Shown: piece by piece, positions 49,459-59,964 of the stretch
How positions within the stretch are numbered: the stretch's first letter is position 1
Layout: each line of letters opens with the position of its first letter
From: Bdellovibrionota bacterium
GTDB lineage: Bacteria > Bdellovibrionota_C > UBA2361 > OMII01
Reading direction: 5' to 3'
Length of the DNA stretch: 64,000 nucleotides
NCBI GenBank assembly: GCA_044345405.1
Contig: JBIJBE010000002.1
Location: forward strand, 96,001-160,000
Notes under the pieces: model-generated
The model's input: only the letters and a program-made list of their open reading frames with translations
Told to the model about the DNA's origin: nothing
Databases searched by the model: none
Translations under genes and position numbers: made by a program

Positions 49459-50904
49459 CTACGAAGCTTTCACCTGATCAGGCTTAAAAACCCCGAATGT
49501 TTTCAGGAGTTCGTACGCTCGCTGGAACTGATTGTCCTTCTTCCCCCACTCGCCGATATCCTCCTTCTCCGGATCTATCGAGGTAAGGTCAGGGCGAATA
49601 GCCGTGGTCTTGTTAATCTTCTGGAGCGCTCCTCCATCTTGCGCCGGAGCGTCACCGGTCGATGGATTGCGGATAGCGCCGGGAATATCTTCCTCTCGGA
49701 TCTCACCGATCGGAGAGCGAACACCTTGCAGCTGGTCGTTTCCATTCGAAATCGCCTCAACCTCCACGTCTGGCTTCACGCCACGCGCTTGAATCGAATT
49801 TCCGCTCTTTGTGTAGTAGAGCGCCGTGGTCAACGCCAACGCCCCGCCGTTCTCAAGTGGGGTAATCGTTTGCACGGAGCCCTTTCCGAAGGTCTGCGTG
49901 CCAACGATAAGAGCGCGCCCGTGATCCTTGAGTGCTCCCGCGATGATCTCCGAAGCGGAAGCCGAGCCACCGTTCACAAGCACCACGATCGGGTAATCAG
50001 GCTCGGTCCCGCGGCTATGCGCGAAGAACTTCTGCTTCTGGGCGTCAACGCGACCATCGGTGTACACAATTACCCCCTCTTTGAGGAACATGTCACCGAT
50101 ACGAACCGCTTGAGCCAACAAGCCGCCAGGATTGTTACGGAGGTCGAGAATGAGGCCACGGAGCTCCTCGCCGTTATTGTCCTTCACCATCTGATCGAGG
50201 GAGGCCTTGAGATCGTCAGCGGTGTGCTCCATGAACTGACTCACCCGAACGTACGCGAGACCATCTCCGAGGTATCGAGAGCGAACGCTCTTAACCTCGA
50301 TATTGTCTCGAATAATCGTAACATCAATGAGGTCTGGAATTCCCTTACGGCTGAGCGAGATCTGAATCGGGCTACCTTTCGGGCCACGCAAACGCTTCAC
50401 CGCGTCAACGAGCGAGAGCTCCTTGGTGAACTTACCATCAATCTTAACGATGATGTCACCTGGGCGAACTCCAACCTTCTCGGCAGGAGATCCCTCCATC
50501 GGCGCGACCACAACCAGCAGTCCATCCTTAATCGTAATCTCGATACCGAGACCACCGAACTCACCTTTGGTCTGTACTTGAAGATCTTGGTAGAAATCTG
50601 GATCGAGGTATCCGCTGTGAGGATCAAGGGTCGTAAGCATGCCTTTAATGGCGCCCTCTACGAGTTTCTTGTTTTCAACGTCGCTGACGTAGTCGCGCTT
50701 CACAACCGAGAGAACATCGGTGAAGACCTTGAGCTCTTCGAAGAGATTCGAGCCAGCGCGCTCTTTAGCGGAAACGGTTGGAAGTTGACGGCCGGTAAAG
50801 ACAAGGGCAACACCGAAGAGAACGCACACACTAGTGAGAACTTTTTCACGAGCCGAAAAACCGGAACGCACCTTCTCTCCTGATCCCTTAAAAATTCCGC
50901 GCAT
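49459..50904 (-). CDS. ctpA: carboxy-terminal processing protease (S41A, PDZ)
   Basis: LDPHS, GEFGGLGIE, LDLRNNPGGLL, SASASEI, TFGKGSVQ; start assumed at 50904. Confidence 0.92.
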   Translation of the reverse strand: MRGIFKGSGEKVRSGFSAREKVLTSVCVLFGVALVFTGRQLPTVSAKERAGSNLFEELKVFTDVLSVVKRDYVSDVENKKLVEGAIKGMLTTLDPHSGYLDPDFYQDLQVQTKGEFGGLGIEITIKDGLLVVVAPMEGSPAEKVGVRPGDIIVKIDGKFTKELSLVDAVKRLRGPKGSPIQISLSRKGIPDLIDVTIIRDNIEVKSVRSRYLGDGLAYVRVSQFMEHTADDLKASLDQMVKDNNGEELRGLILDLRNNPGGLLAQAVRIGDMFLKEGVIVYTDGRVDAQKQKFFAHSRGTEPDYPIVVLVNGGSASASEIIAGALKDHGRALIVGTQTFGKGSVQTITPLENGGALALTTALYYTKSGNSIQARGVKPDVEVEAISNGNDQLQGVRSPIGEIREEDIPGAIRNPSTGDAPAQDGGALQKINKTTAIRPDLTSIDPEKEDIGEWGKKDNQFQRAYELLKTFGVFKPDQVKAS

Positions 50905-51297
50905 CGTTATCGCTTTCCACCCCAACAAACACTGCACACGCAAAAAAACACCTAAGTCCGTAAAGGTACGATGCGCGTAAAGAGCATCGCGAACCACCTC
51001 ATGACGCGACGTGCGTAAAAATGTTTCAACGACGAAAAGCTACAAAGAAGGCTCCCGAAGAACTTCCTTCGATGACTTCCTCTACAGTACTCGAAAGATC
51101 AGCCCCCCACAAGGAGACTCTGCTAAATTATCGTGAAAATACAGTAAGGTAAGGGGCATGTTGGAGCGACGTCGGTGCACCGGACAGAGACTGTGACGCC
51201 GAGTGGTTGTCACACACCACCCGAGCGCTCCAACTTTTCTTCTTGCCTCACTGCTAATCTCGGCTACGCTCCTCCCCGAAAGATTGGAGGAACCATC

Positions 51298-52785
51298 ATG
51301 TCAGACACCCTTCTTGGCCTCGATATCGGAAGCTCGTCGGTCAAAGCCTCACTCATCGACAGCGCATCCGGACGGGTTATCGCGCACGCCTCCTCGCCAG
51401 CGACCGAGATGGCGATCGACTCCCCCCAGCCGGGATGGGCCGAGCAACATCCCGACCTGTGGTGGGAGCACGTCTGCAACTGTCTGTCAGCACTCAAGAA
51501 TAAATGCCCTAGCGACCTAAGCCGCGTAAAGGCGATCGGCATCGCCTACCAGATGCACGGTCTCGTCCTGCTCGACCGCGACGGCAAACCGGTTCGACCA
51601 GCCATCATCTGGTGCGATAGTCGAGCGGTGCAGGTCGGAGAGACCGCCTTCCGAGCGATCGGCGAAGACACATGTCTCTCGAAGCTCGGGAACTCACCCG
51701 GCAACTTTACCGCCTCTAAGCTTGCCTGGGTGAAGGCGAACGAACCCGAGACCTTCGCCAAGGCCGCCTACTTCATGCTCCCAGGAGACTACATAGCCTT
51801 TAAGCTCACCGGTCGCTTTGGCACCACCCCTTCCGGTCTCTCGGAGGGGATACTGTGGGACTTCCAGAGCAACGAACCGGGGGTCTTCCTCCTCAAACAC
51901 TTCGGCATCTCCCCGTCCCTACTCCCACCCATCACCGGCAACTGCGCCGTGTTCGATCATGTCCGTTCAGAGGTAGCGGCTGAGCTCGGACTCCCCAAGG
52001 GCGCTGTAGTGTCGTACCGAGCGGGGGATCAACCAAATAACGCGCTTGCGTTGAACGTCCTCAACCCTGGGGAGATCGCCGCGAACGCGGGAACTTCAGG
52101 GGTCATTTACGGCGTAACGGAGAAACTCGGCGTCGATCGGCAATCGCGCGTGAATAACTTCCTTCACGTCAACAGCACTCAAGAGCGCACACGTGTCGGC
52201 GTACTCATGTGCGTTAACGGAACGGGAAGTTTCTATCGGTGGCTCAAAGGGACCCTCGCACCAGATCGCACCTATCAAGAGATCAACGCGCTCGCCGAGA
52301 GCGCTCCGATCGGAGCGCACGGGATCTCCGCGCTTCCCTACGGGAACGGCGCTGAGCGAACGCTGGGCAACAAGGTCGTTGGAGCGTCCTTAGAAAACCT
52401 CGACCTCAATCGCCACTCGCAAGCGGATATCTTCCGAGCGGGCCAAGAAGGAATCGTGTTCGCGCTCGCCTACGGACTTGAGATTATGCGGTCGATGGGG
52501 CTCTCACCGAAGCTCGTACGAGCTGGCCTCGCGAACATGTTTCAGAGCGCTCTCTTTCAGAGGACCTTCGCGACGACGACAGGGGTTCCCGTGGAATTGC
52601 TGACGACGGACGGCTCCGAAGGAGCGGCGAGGGCCGCGGGAATCGGCGTGGGATTGTACACCTTCTCAAGCGCGTTCGTTGGACTAACGCGCCACGCGGT
52701 GATCGAAACTGATTCCGCGTCATCCGCGGCGACGCACGAGGCGTATGGCCGTTGGAAGGAAGCTTTGGGGAGGCATGGGGTGTAG
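51298..52785 (+). CDS. xylB: xylulokinase (FGGY family)
   Basis: LGLDIGSSSVK, GWAEQHP, YQMHG, WCDSR, GDQPNNA, GTSGV; adjacent to xylA. Confidence 0.85.
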   Translation: MSDTLLGLDIGSSSVKASLIDSASGRVIAHASSPATEMAIDSPQPGWAEQHPDLWWEHVCNCLSALKNKCPSDLSRVKAIGIAYQMHGLVLLDRDGKPVRPAIIWCDSRAVQVGETAFRAIGEDTCLSKLGNSPGNFTASKLAWVKANEPETFAKAAYFMLPGDYIAFKLTGRFGTTPSGLSEGILWDFQSNEPGVFLLKHFGISPSLLPPITGNCAVFDHVRSEVAAELGLPKGAVVSYRAGDQPNNALALNVLNPGEIAANAGTSGVIYGVTEKLGVDRQSRVNNFLHVNSTQERTRVGVLMCVNGTGSFYRWLKGTLAPDRTYQEINALAESAPIGAHGISALPYGNGAERTLGNKVVGASLENLDLNRHSQADIFRAGQEGIVFALAYGLEIMRSMGLSPKLVRAGLANMFQSALFQRTFATTTGVPVELLTTDGSEGAARAAGIGVGLYTFSSAFVGLTRHAVIETDSASSAATHEAYGRWKEALGRHGV

Positions 52786-52821
52786 GGGCTGCGGAACGCC
52801 AATAGAAATCCCCTAATGTAA

Positions 52822-52887
52822 CGCGGCGACCAGGAATAGTCGCCCTCCCCCTTCGCCAAGGCTTCGGGGGACATGCCGGTCGCCGCG
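52822..52887. repeat. REP copy nested in a larger hairpin between convergent xylB and xylA
   Basis: GGCGACCAGGAATAGTCGCCCTCC (one mismatch to the 8610/11428 REP) plus outer inverted repeat CGCGGCGACC/GGTCGCCGCG and inner CCCCC..GGGGG stem. Confidence 0.65.
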
Positions 52888-52912
52888 ATGTTTAGGAAAC
52901 TACTAGCCCGGG

Positions 52913-54226
52913 TTACCCAATATACCGATTAAACACCGCCTCGAAGAGTTCTTGGCGACCCGATACGTTCGGAGCTACCTCACCCTTCTCGAGCATGTAC
53001 TTCTCAAGGGTGTCAAAGGAGGCGGCGCCTTCAGAGATCTGAAGACCGATACCACTCTCCCATGAGGCGTAGCGCTTGTCGGTCATCTCCTTAAGCACTC
53101 CATCCTTACGGATATCCGCCGCAATCTTCAAACCGTGCGCGAAAGCGTCCATCGCTCCGATGTGCGCGTAGAAGAGATCGACCGGCTCGAAACTGTCGCG
53201 ACGAACCTTCGCGTCGAAGTTAAGACCTCCGCGACCGAGACCACCTTGACCGAGGATCGCGAGCATCACCTGAGCGGTGGTGTAAATGTTCGTTGGGAAC
53301 TGATCGGTGTCCCAGCCGAGCAACTCATCGCCACGGTTCGCGTCAACAGAGCCGAGCATACCGTAGCTGCTCGCGTAGGCGAGCTCATGCCCCATCGAGT
53401 GTCCAGCGAGGGTCGCGTGGTTCGTCTCGATGTTGAACTTGAACTCCTTCTCAAGGCCGTAGGTCTTGAGGAACGCCATGCACGCGGCGCAGTCACTGTC
53501 GTATTGATGGGTGGTCGGCTCCTTCGGCTTCGGCTCGATCAGGAACTGCGCGTCGAGGCCGATCTTGTTGCGGTAGTCGACCGCCATAGAGAGGAATCTA
53601 CCGAGATTGTCGAGCTCACGGCGAAGTTGCGTGTTGAGAAGGCTCATGTACCCCTCCCGTCCACCCCAGAATACGTAGTTCACACCGCCGAGCTCCTTCG
53701 TTACCTCCATCGCTTTCTTGACCTGCGCGGCGGCATACGCGAAGACGTCCGCGTTACAGCTCGTTGAGGCGCCGTGAACGAACCGCTTATTACTGAAAAG
53801 ATTTGCGGTTCCCCAGAGGAGCTTGATACCGGTGCGCGATTGAGCGTCTTTAAGCTTCGCGACCACGGCATCGAGGTTCTTGTTCGACTCGCGGAGGTCC
53901 TTACCCTCTGGAGCGACATCCCTATCGTGGAAGCAGTAGAACGGTACGCCGAGCTTCTCCATAAACTCAAACGCGACATCGACCTTCTTGAGCGCCATGT
54001 CGAGCGAATTAGAACCATCGTCCCATGGACGCACCGCGCATCCCGGACCAAACGGATCGCTGCCGGTTCCGCAGAAGGTATGCCACCACGCGACCGCGAA
54101 GCGAAGGTGTTCCTTCATCGTTTTGCCTTCGATCACCTCATCAGCGTCGTAGTGACGGAACGCGAGGGGATTTTTCGATTGTGGGCCCTCGTACTTAATC
54201 TTTGGAACATCGAAATACTGAGTCAT
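52913..54226 (-). CDS. xylA: xylose isomerase (class II)
   Basis: [59 protein letters not shown]; start at 54226. Confidence 0.96.
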   Translation of the reverse strand: MTQYFDVPKIKYEGPQSKNPLAFRHYDADEVIEGKTMKEHLRFAVAWWHTFCGTGSDPFGPGCAVRPWDDGSNSLDMALKKVDVAFEFMEKLGVPFYCFHDRDVAPEGKDLRESNKNLDAVVAKLKDAQSRTGIKLLWGTANLFSNKRFVHGASTSCNADVFAYAAAQVKKAMEVTKELGGVNYVFWGGREGYMSLLNTQLRRELDNLGRFLSMAVDYRNKIGLDAQFLIEPKPKEPTTHQYDSDCAACMAFLKTYGLEKEFKFNIETNHATLAGHSMGHELAYASSYGMLGSVDANRGDELLGWDTDQFPTNIYTTAQVMLAILGQGGLGRGGLNFDAKVRRDSFEPVDLFYAHIGAMDAFAHGLKIAADIRKDGVLKEMTDKRYASWESGIGLQISEGAASFDTLEKYMLEKGEVAPNVSGRQELFEAVFNRYIG

Positions 54227-54548
54227 GATCTCTCCCGAACATGTAGACGAAGCGCTCTTCGCGACCGTGGGTGACTCCATAGGAGTGAGTACCACACGAA
54301 TCGAACGACAAAAGCGACTGAAAGTTTATCCACGCTTGGAAAAAATATCCCCGGCGAGGAAGCGGTACAGCCGAGCGTTCAACAACAACGCCCTTTGAAA
54401 GAACTTCAAAAAGTGCAGTTTGGTATAGCAAGTTTACCGTTGCGGGGACATGTAAATTTTTGGGGCTATCCACTTGAAAGGACGCCAAGAGGTAGGACTC
54501 AGAATTCGGAGCGGAACCAAACTGTGATCAGGAAGAGCGCGTCGCGCA

Positions 54549-55412
54549 TCAGGATACCAACGTTATGACCGCGACGCCCGCAAGCATCAGAATAGCCCCA
54601 GGAAGACGTTCAGCGAGAAACCGTTCATCAAAGATTAATCGTCCAAGAATCACGGAAAAGAGGATGCTCACTCGTTTCAAACACACAACGTGATGAACCG
54701 GCGCAAGTTGGAGCGCGAAAAGGTATGCGCCGAGGGAAATCGCGTTACTTCCACCGATCGAGAGGAGCGAAAGGTACGATCCTTTTTGCAGCGGTCGTTT
54801 GAATCCCCCCTTCTTGAGAACGACCGGGAACATGGCGAGGGCGATACAACAAAGCTGGGCGCTCCCCCAGAAGGTCCGATTCACGCTCTGGACAACCACT
54901 CGATCGACACAGGCGGTGACGGTCCAAAGGAACGAGAGACCGAGCATAATGCGGGGACCAGACTCGCTGAGAAGCGCGCGAAACGGAGCGAGCGCCCCTG
55001 CTTTCGCTTTATCGAGGTGCAACACGTACGAGCCGAACGTAACAAGGGTCGCCCCCAACACTCCAGAGGCGGTCGGAAGATCTCCAGTCAACATCGGGGC
55101 GAGAACGAGAAGAAACACGGGGGTGAAGGCGGTCATGGGAACGCAGATCGAAAGATCTGAGAGTTGGAGCGCCTTGACGAGCATGAGCCCACCGACGACG
55201 TGACAACAGGTCACAAACGCGAGCAGGCCCCACACGTACCCCGGGACCGACTCCGGGATATTAGCGACGAGCGAGGGGATGAAGAATGGTAACGCGCACA
55301 ACGCGTATGACCACGAAATGAGGGGGCGAGGAATGGAGGAGCTCGCCCGTTTAGAGAGCGCGTCTCGCAACGCGTCTCCAACACCGGCCAACAATGCTAG
55401 AACGATCCACAT
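54549..55412 (-). CDS. EamA/DMT family transporter
   Basis: About 10 TMs in two repeats, ALQLSDLSICVPMTAFTPVF; start MWIVLA at 55412. Confidence 0.85.
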   Translation of the reverse strand: MWIVLALLAGVGDALRDALSKRASSSIPRPLISWSYALCALPFFIPSLVANIPESVPGYVWGLLAFVTCCHVVGGLMLVKALQLSDLSICVPMTAFTPVFLLVLAPMLTGDLPTASGVLGATLVTFGSYVLHLDKAKAGALAPFRALLSESGPRIMLGLSFLWTVTACVDRVVVQSVNRTFWGSAQLCCIALAMFPVVLKKGGFKRPLQKGSYLSLLSIGGSNAISLGAYLFALQLAPVHHVVCLKRVSILFSVILGRLIFDERFLAERLPGAILMLAGVAVITLVS

Positions 55413-55502
55413 AGGCTGGCACACTATAGCGAATACCCAACCACAGGGAAATGAAGGGAGGGATCTACATCCAGGAGCATGCTCCCACAATCACTCAGAG
55501 CG

Positions 55503-56501
55503 CTAGGACGGCCGAGGCGCATCCATGACCAACAGGGAATTTCGAAGTGCCCATTGACGCACATCCGATGCATCTAACGTGGAGAGCCTTTCCGCCATAT
55601 CAACCGCCGTGGCGACCTGATCTTGAGAGGAGACCGGCATATCGGGGTGCCAGAGGTAGCTTCTAAGGATAGCGTCTATGTGGCGCAGAGGACGCTCCTC
55701 AGACCTAAGGATCTCGTAGCACCAGGAGAGACCGGGAAAATAGGAGTCGTTGTAGAATTCCACCAGTGAGCGATGAGTATCCCACTCATGTTGGTGTGAG
55801 AAATGCTGAAGCAAGACCAATTTGGAGGGCGAGTGGCCCAAGTAAGCCGCTTTACAGAAATACTCTCGCGCCGTATCGGGAGACACTAACCGTCGACCAT
55901 CAGTCATGAAGATCTCACCGATCACATGATAGGAGTGCGGATTCTGTTCCCGGTCCGCAACGTCAATGAGCCTCTGAATGCCGCGGTCAAACTGACTTCG
56001 CGTCAATCCGCTCCTCACATAGAGCTGAAACCACCGAGCCTCGGCTCTCGAATCCTCAAGGCTGGCGGCGAAAAGGTTGGACTTGAGATCCACCTCGTTA
56101 ATATCGACGAAGCGCCCACGCAGCGATGCTTCGCACAACATCCACAATCCCTCAGCGTCGCGCACCGGAGAATCAGCCAAACACCTCGACACAGCCCCAT
56201 CTCTGCCGACCCTTTGAAACTTTTCGGCGAGTGATTTACGAGCCACATAACTCATCCGATTCACGGCGGAGAGCAACGTGTCGGCGACCGAGTAGAACCT
56301 TACGGAGCGAGCGGCCTCCTCAAAAAAGTCACCAGTGAGCTCCTCGGGGCGAGACTGGATCAGATCTCGAACAGCTTCGCGGGCGCGACGATCCTCGCCA
56401 TTCGCGGCTTCGAGCAACAGAGAGGTCCTTGCCCGTCCCATGCCAAGAGAACGGCGCGAGTCGCCCTGAGGGGTAAATCCGGGGGATAGATTGCCTGACA
56501 T
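55503..56501 (-). CDS. hypothetical protein with a Sel1-like repeat
   Basis: SYHVIGEIF..DG...AREYFCKAAYLGH. Confidence 0.6.
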   Translation of the reverse strand: MSGNLSPGFTPQGDSRRSLGMGRARTSLLLEAANGEDRRAREAVRDLIQSRPEELTGDFFEEAARSVRFYSVADTLLSAVNRMSYVARKSLAEKFQRVGRDGAVSRCLADSPVRDAEGLWMLCEASLRGRFVDINEVDLKSNLFAASLEDSRAEARWFQLYVRSGLTRSQFDRGIQRLIDVADREQNPHSYHVIGEIFMTDGRRLVSPDTAREYFCKAAYLGHSPSKLVLLQHFSHQHEWDTHRSLVEFYNDSYFPGLSWCYEILRSEERPLRHIDAILRSYLWHPDMPVSSQDQVATAVDMAERLSTLDASDVRQWALRNSLLVMDAPRPS

Positions 56502-56593
56502 ACGAGCAGTCTAGGGGGTGTTCGGCCATTATGCAAAGGATCGACGAGCCCCTTCAAGCAACAGCAATGAAGAGAGCAACTTGGAACTCGCAA

Positions 56594-57796
56594 CTAATCA
56601 TCCAGTCCATCAGAGATACCGAGCATCCCTCCTAGATACTTAAGCTTCCCCTTCAAGGTTCGATGCTTCGCCAGGATAGCCACTATAAGGGCAAGAGGTA
56701 AGACCACGTAGAAAACCAGGGTTCCCGGAAGAAACTTATCCTGCAAGAACCAGAGATATGCCCAAACACTCCAGGTAGCCGTCACGAAGGCGTAAAACAC
56801 CAACGCGGGTCCAGCGGGTAAGGTAAAAAAGACCCCACTCACAACGAGGAGCACAGCTGAAAGAAGCTGTAGCTCAATCGGCAGCGGGGTTCTATGAATC
56901 CAGCTTCCGGTACGCAGATTGCCCAGAACGGTGGCGTGAATCTCAACTCCAGCCATAGGGCGAGAGCTCGTCGGTGTCACAAACGAGTCCTTGAGGGAAT
57001 ACGAGAGACCGGTCGCCAACGTATTTCCCACCGCCACCATTTTTCCTTTGAGGAGCGCCTCATTGGTCGCTCGATCGTTTCGGAGGATCTTATAGATTGA
57101 TACCGTAGGTATCGTGCCAGGCGGTCCGTAGAAATTAATGAGATCTTGATAGGCTGGCGCGCTCCGAAGCTTGGCCCACCGCGCATAGGAGTATGGCAAC
57201 GGCAAAACATCACGCTCACTCTCTTTCGGTTGCGTGAAATAACGTACGCCCTCAACGTCGATCACATTCACCTTCACGGATCGTGTCGCTGCCGTCATGA
57301 ACTCCTCACGAGGAAACACCTCAACGAGTTTCGCGGTATTAGCGATATTATCGCGCTCGACGTAGTCGAACGCCCCGATAAACGTGGGGAGCGCTCGAAG
57401 TGACGCGGCGAGCTTTTGATTGTCCTCTTGACTTGTGCCGGGGTCTCGAAAGATCAGATCCAGAAAACAGCTCTCTGCTCCGGAGGCCGCAATGGTTGTA
57501 ACTAGATCACCAACCATTCCTCGCGAAAGCGGTTGAATGTGCGAGAGGCCGAGCTCACGGTACGTGGCCTCATCAAGGGCAGCGATAATAATATCAGACG
57601 GAGGAGGGCGAACTCCCCGAACACGAAACCACACATCAGTTTGAGAAACCTCGATCCGTTGACCGACTGGAGAGAGAAAGAGAGAGGCATGAAGGATGAG
57701 AGCCCCGAGCATCATCGAGGCCATAAAGAGCACCGGCAGTACGCGCCGAAGAACCCTTTGCAATCGCCTCTTGAATTGTCGAGAAAATAGCGCCAT
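56594..57796 (-). CDS. CHASE2-domain membrane protein lacking a cytoplasmic output domain
   Basis: DIIIAALDEAT, LDLIF, LINFYGP, LKGKMVAVG, KDSFVTP, MAGVEIHA, then 3 TMs and a short tail. Confidence 0.82.
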   Translation of the reverse strand: MALFSRQFKRRLQRVLRRVLPVLFMASMMLGALILHASLFLSPVGQRIEVSQTDVWFRVRGVRPPPSDIIIAALDEATYRELGLSHIQPLSRGMVGDLVTTIAASGAESCFLDLIFRDPGTSQEDNQKLAASLRALPTFIGAFDYVERDNIANTAKLVEVFPREEFMTAATRSVKVNVIDVEGVRYFTQPKESERDVLPLPYSYARWAKLRSAPAYQDLINFYGPPGTIPTVSIYKILRNDRATNEALLKGKMVAVGNTLATGLSYSLKDSFVTPTSSRPMAGVEIHATVLGNLRTGSWIHRTPLPIELQLLSAVLLVVSGVFFTLPAGPALVFYAFVTATWSVWAYLWFLQDKFLPGTLVFYVVLPLALIVAILAKHRTLKGKLKYLGGMLGISDGLDD

Positions 57797-58023
57797 GACC
57801 CCTTCCCCTAACTCTGAGGTGCCCTCAAGCCTACTATCTCTTACCGACTCCTGATAGCGGCTAGATGCTTACCCCGGTGAGCCTCTAACTTCCGGGCTGC
57901 CCTCCCTACTTCAATCGGTCCAACGGGGGAAAAATAGACGAATCACGCCGAAAATATGCGTCACCCGGTCCAACCAACCCAATAACCGAAGAGAGTACCT
58001 AACACTATATACGAGATCCTCTT

Positions 58024-59073
58024 ATGGTAGCCTTAGTATCCCCAGGGCGTACGCAAGATGGAACCGCGGCCTCGACAGCTCCCGCTGCCGCGCCATCGGT
58101 TGCCAATGAAGCCATCACTCAAACAGCTGTAGATCCTCGCTCTTTTCGTCAAAGCCTCGGCCAGCAGGCGATGATCGCGACTATCAAGAACCAAGACCTC
58201 GTAAACTACGCCTACCTCGTCCTCATGAAGGAAAAGGGGCATTCCGCTCCCAACGCCTATGAGCACGCATCGGCGAAGCTTGAGAAGCTTTTCGGTGTGA
58301 ATCTTAGCGAGGTAGAGCGTTTAGACGCCCGACAAGCGTCATCGCAAATCAGGATAACCGACGGCAACCGGGAGATCCTCTCAACACGTTTCGGTGTGGG
58401 AACACATAAGCAGGAGGCGCCAACCCCAGCGGCCGAGACAATAACAGGCCAAAAGATCATTAACGATCTCTATGCGAGAGCGAAGGAGCTCCAGCGAGAG
58501 TACGGAGCGAACGCTGGACGCCTCGTTGGCTCTCGAAGCAATGACCAGGACGCGATCGTGAATCGGCTCGCCGAGATCGCCGGGATCAAAGATACCACCG
58601 GGCATACGATTTGGGAGATCGCCAACTCTCACCGCACCGAAGCCTTTACCCTCAAGAGCTACGACAAGGAGAAACTCGGAAAGGAGGTCGCAGATGTCAT
58701 CGCGAGCAACCATGCGACCTTAAGCCGATTGCGTGAGGAGGAGCGCTTGAAGCCACAAACCACGGAGCGTCGCGCCCATCATCGAGAATCGACGACCACG
58801 CGTCCCGAGCGCTCACTCGAAGGAAAGGAATTAATCGCCACTACCGTGATCGAACCGGGCGGCCGGCTCTTGAAGCATGTGCGAGATACCATCACGGACG
58901 CGCAGGGCAACCCGGTCGTATCCGTGGAGCGAACCCGAATGAACCTGGGTCCACTCTCCTTCAATCTTCCTGGCAAGGAGTACAAGGTCAGTGAGGGGGT
59001 GCCGGAGGCGCAGGCTAAAGAGATCGCCCGCGAGTACATCAGGAACAGCTACCGACGCAATCGATCGGAATAG
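58024..59073 (+). CDS. hypothetical protein
   Basis: 349-aa ORF with codon style like its neighbours; no family recognised. Confidence 0.65.
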   Translation: MVALVSPGRTQDGTAASTAPAAAPSVANEAITQTAVDPRSFRQSLGQQAMIATIKNQDLVNYAYLVLMKEKGHSAPNAYEHASAKLEKLFGVNLSEVERLDARQASSQIRITDGNREILSTRFGVGTHKQEAPTPAAETITGQKIINDLYARAKELQREYGANAGRLVGSRSNDQDAIVNRLAEIAGIKDTTGHTIWEIANSHRTEAFTLKSYDKEKLGKEVADVIASNHATLSRLREEERLKPQTTERRAHHRESTTTRPERSLEGKELIATTVIEPGGRLLKHVRDTITDAQGNPVVSVERTRMNLGPLSFNLPGKEYKVSEGVPEAQAKEIAREYIRNSYRRNRSE

Positions 59074-59325
59074 CCACGGCAACGAGCCGCGAGCTCGTCA
59101 CACAAGAATTCGATGCCAACAAAAATTGGTATCTTAATAACGGAGCAACGCTCACCATGGGTGTAGCCTCCTTCATACGGGTAGAAGAAGATCGACGAAC
59201 GGTTTTACATTGGTCATTGGCTCTGTGTTGTGTGGCTCACTTGATCCTCCCGAAGGAAGATCAGGTGAGCCACACGCTCTACCTCGGACATTCCGTCCCG
59301 GGTGAACTCACATAAACCAAAGACC

Positions 59326-59796
59326 ATGAAACTAAACCTGATGAACATCCTCGCCGCTGGCGTCCTTCCGCTGGCCCTCTGCAACTGCACCACCACCGTG
59401 GCTCACCATGTCCCCGCCGCTCGCGGGACGGCTACTGGTGATATCAAGGTGGATGCGTTGACAAGCGTCGCAACGCAATCGAGAATCGTTCCGGGCTGCG
59501 TCACGCCTACGTGCGCGCCCGGTCGGACCTCCCTTGCGTCGGCAGCTCCTTGGACCACGTCCAATGAGGGGATCACGGTGACGACCAACCGCCTCTCCAA
59601 GGTGGAGGGATTCAACCAAGTCGCTTCTGGCGTGGGCAACCTCGCTCAGGGCGCTGGAGTCCTTACCCTTGGAATCGGCGCGGTCAACGGAAAGCTGGGT
59701 ACTCGAGTGAACAACAGTTCTTACTCGTCCAGCCGTTCCGGTGTCCACCTCGGAGGATGCGCCAACCCAGACAGCCCCTACATCTACGGCTACTAA
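59326..59796 (+). CDS. putative lipoprotein/secreted hypothetical protein
   Basis: Signal-like N-terminus ending LCNC; Gly-rich hydrophobic C-terminal segment. Confidence 0.55.
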   Translation: MKLNLMNILAAGVLPLALCNCTTTVAHHVPAARGTATGDIKVDALTSVATQSRIVPGCVTPTCAPGRTSLASAAPWTTSNEGITVTTNRLSKVEGFNQVASGVGNLAQGAGVLTLGIGAVNGKLGTRVNNSSYSSSRSGVHLGGCANPDSPYIYGY

Positions 59797-59964
59797 CCGT
59801 GCCTTGATGTAGGTTGGGAATCTCCGGTGAAACCTCTATTCATATCGAATATGTTTCGCCGGAGGTTCCTGTGGTTTTTTTTATACGGTTACGTCGATCT
59901 TCTTTCTCCCTTCCTTTTCTTGGCAGCACAAGACAACCGCGCGGCGAAGAGAGTCGAGCTCAAA

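Noticed and set aside
49639-50883. Long antisense ORFs such as 49639-50883, 12486-13484 and 60526-61425
   Set aside because: They lie opposite better-supported genes, as expected from codon bias in GC-rich DNA, and show no protein motifs
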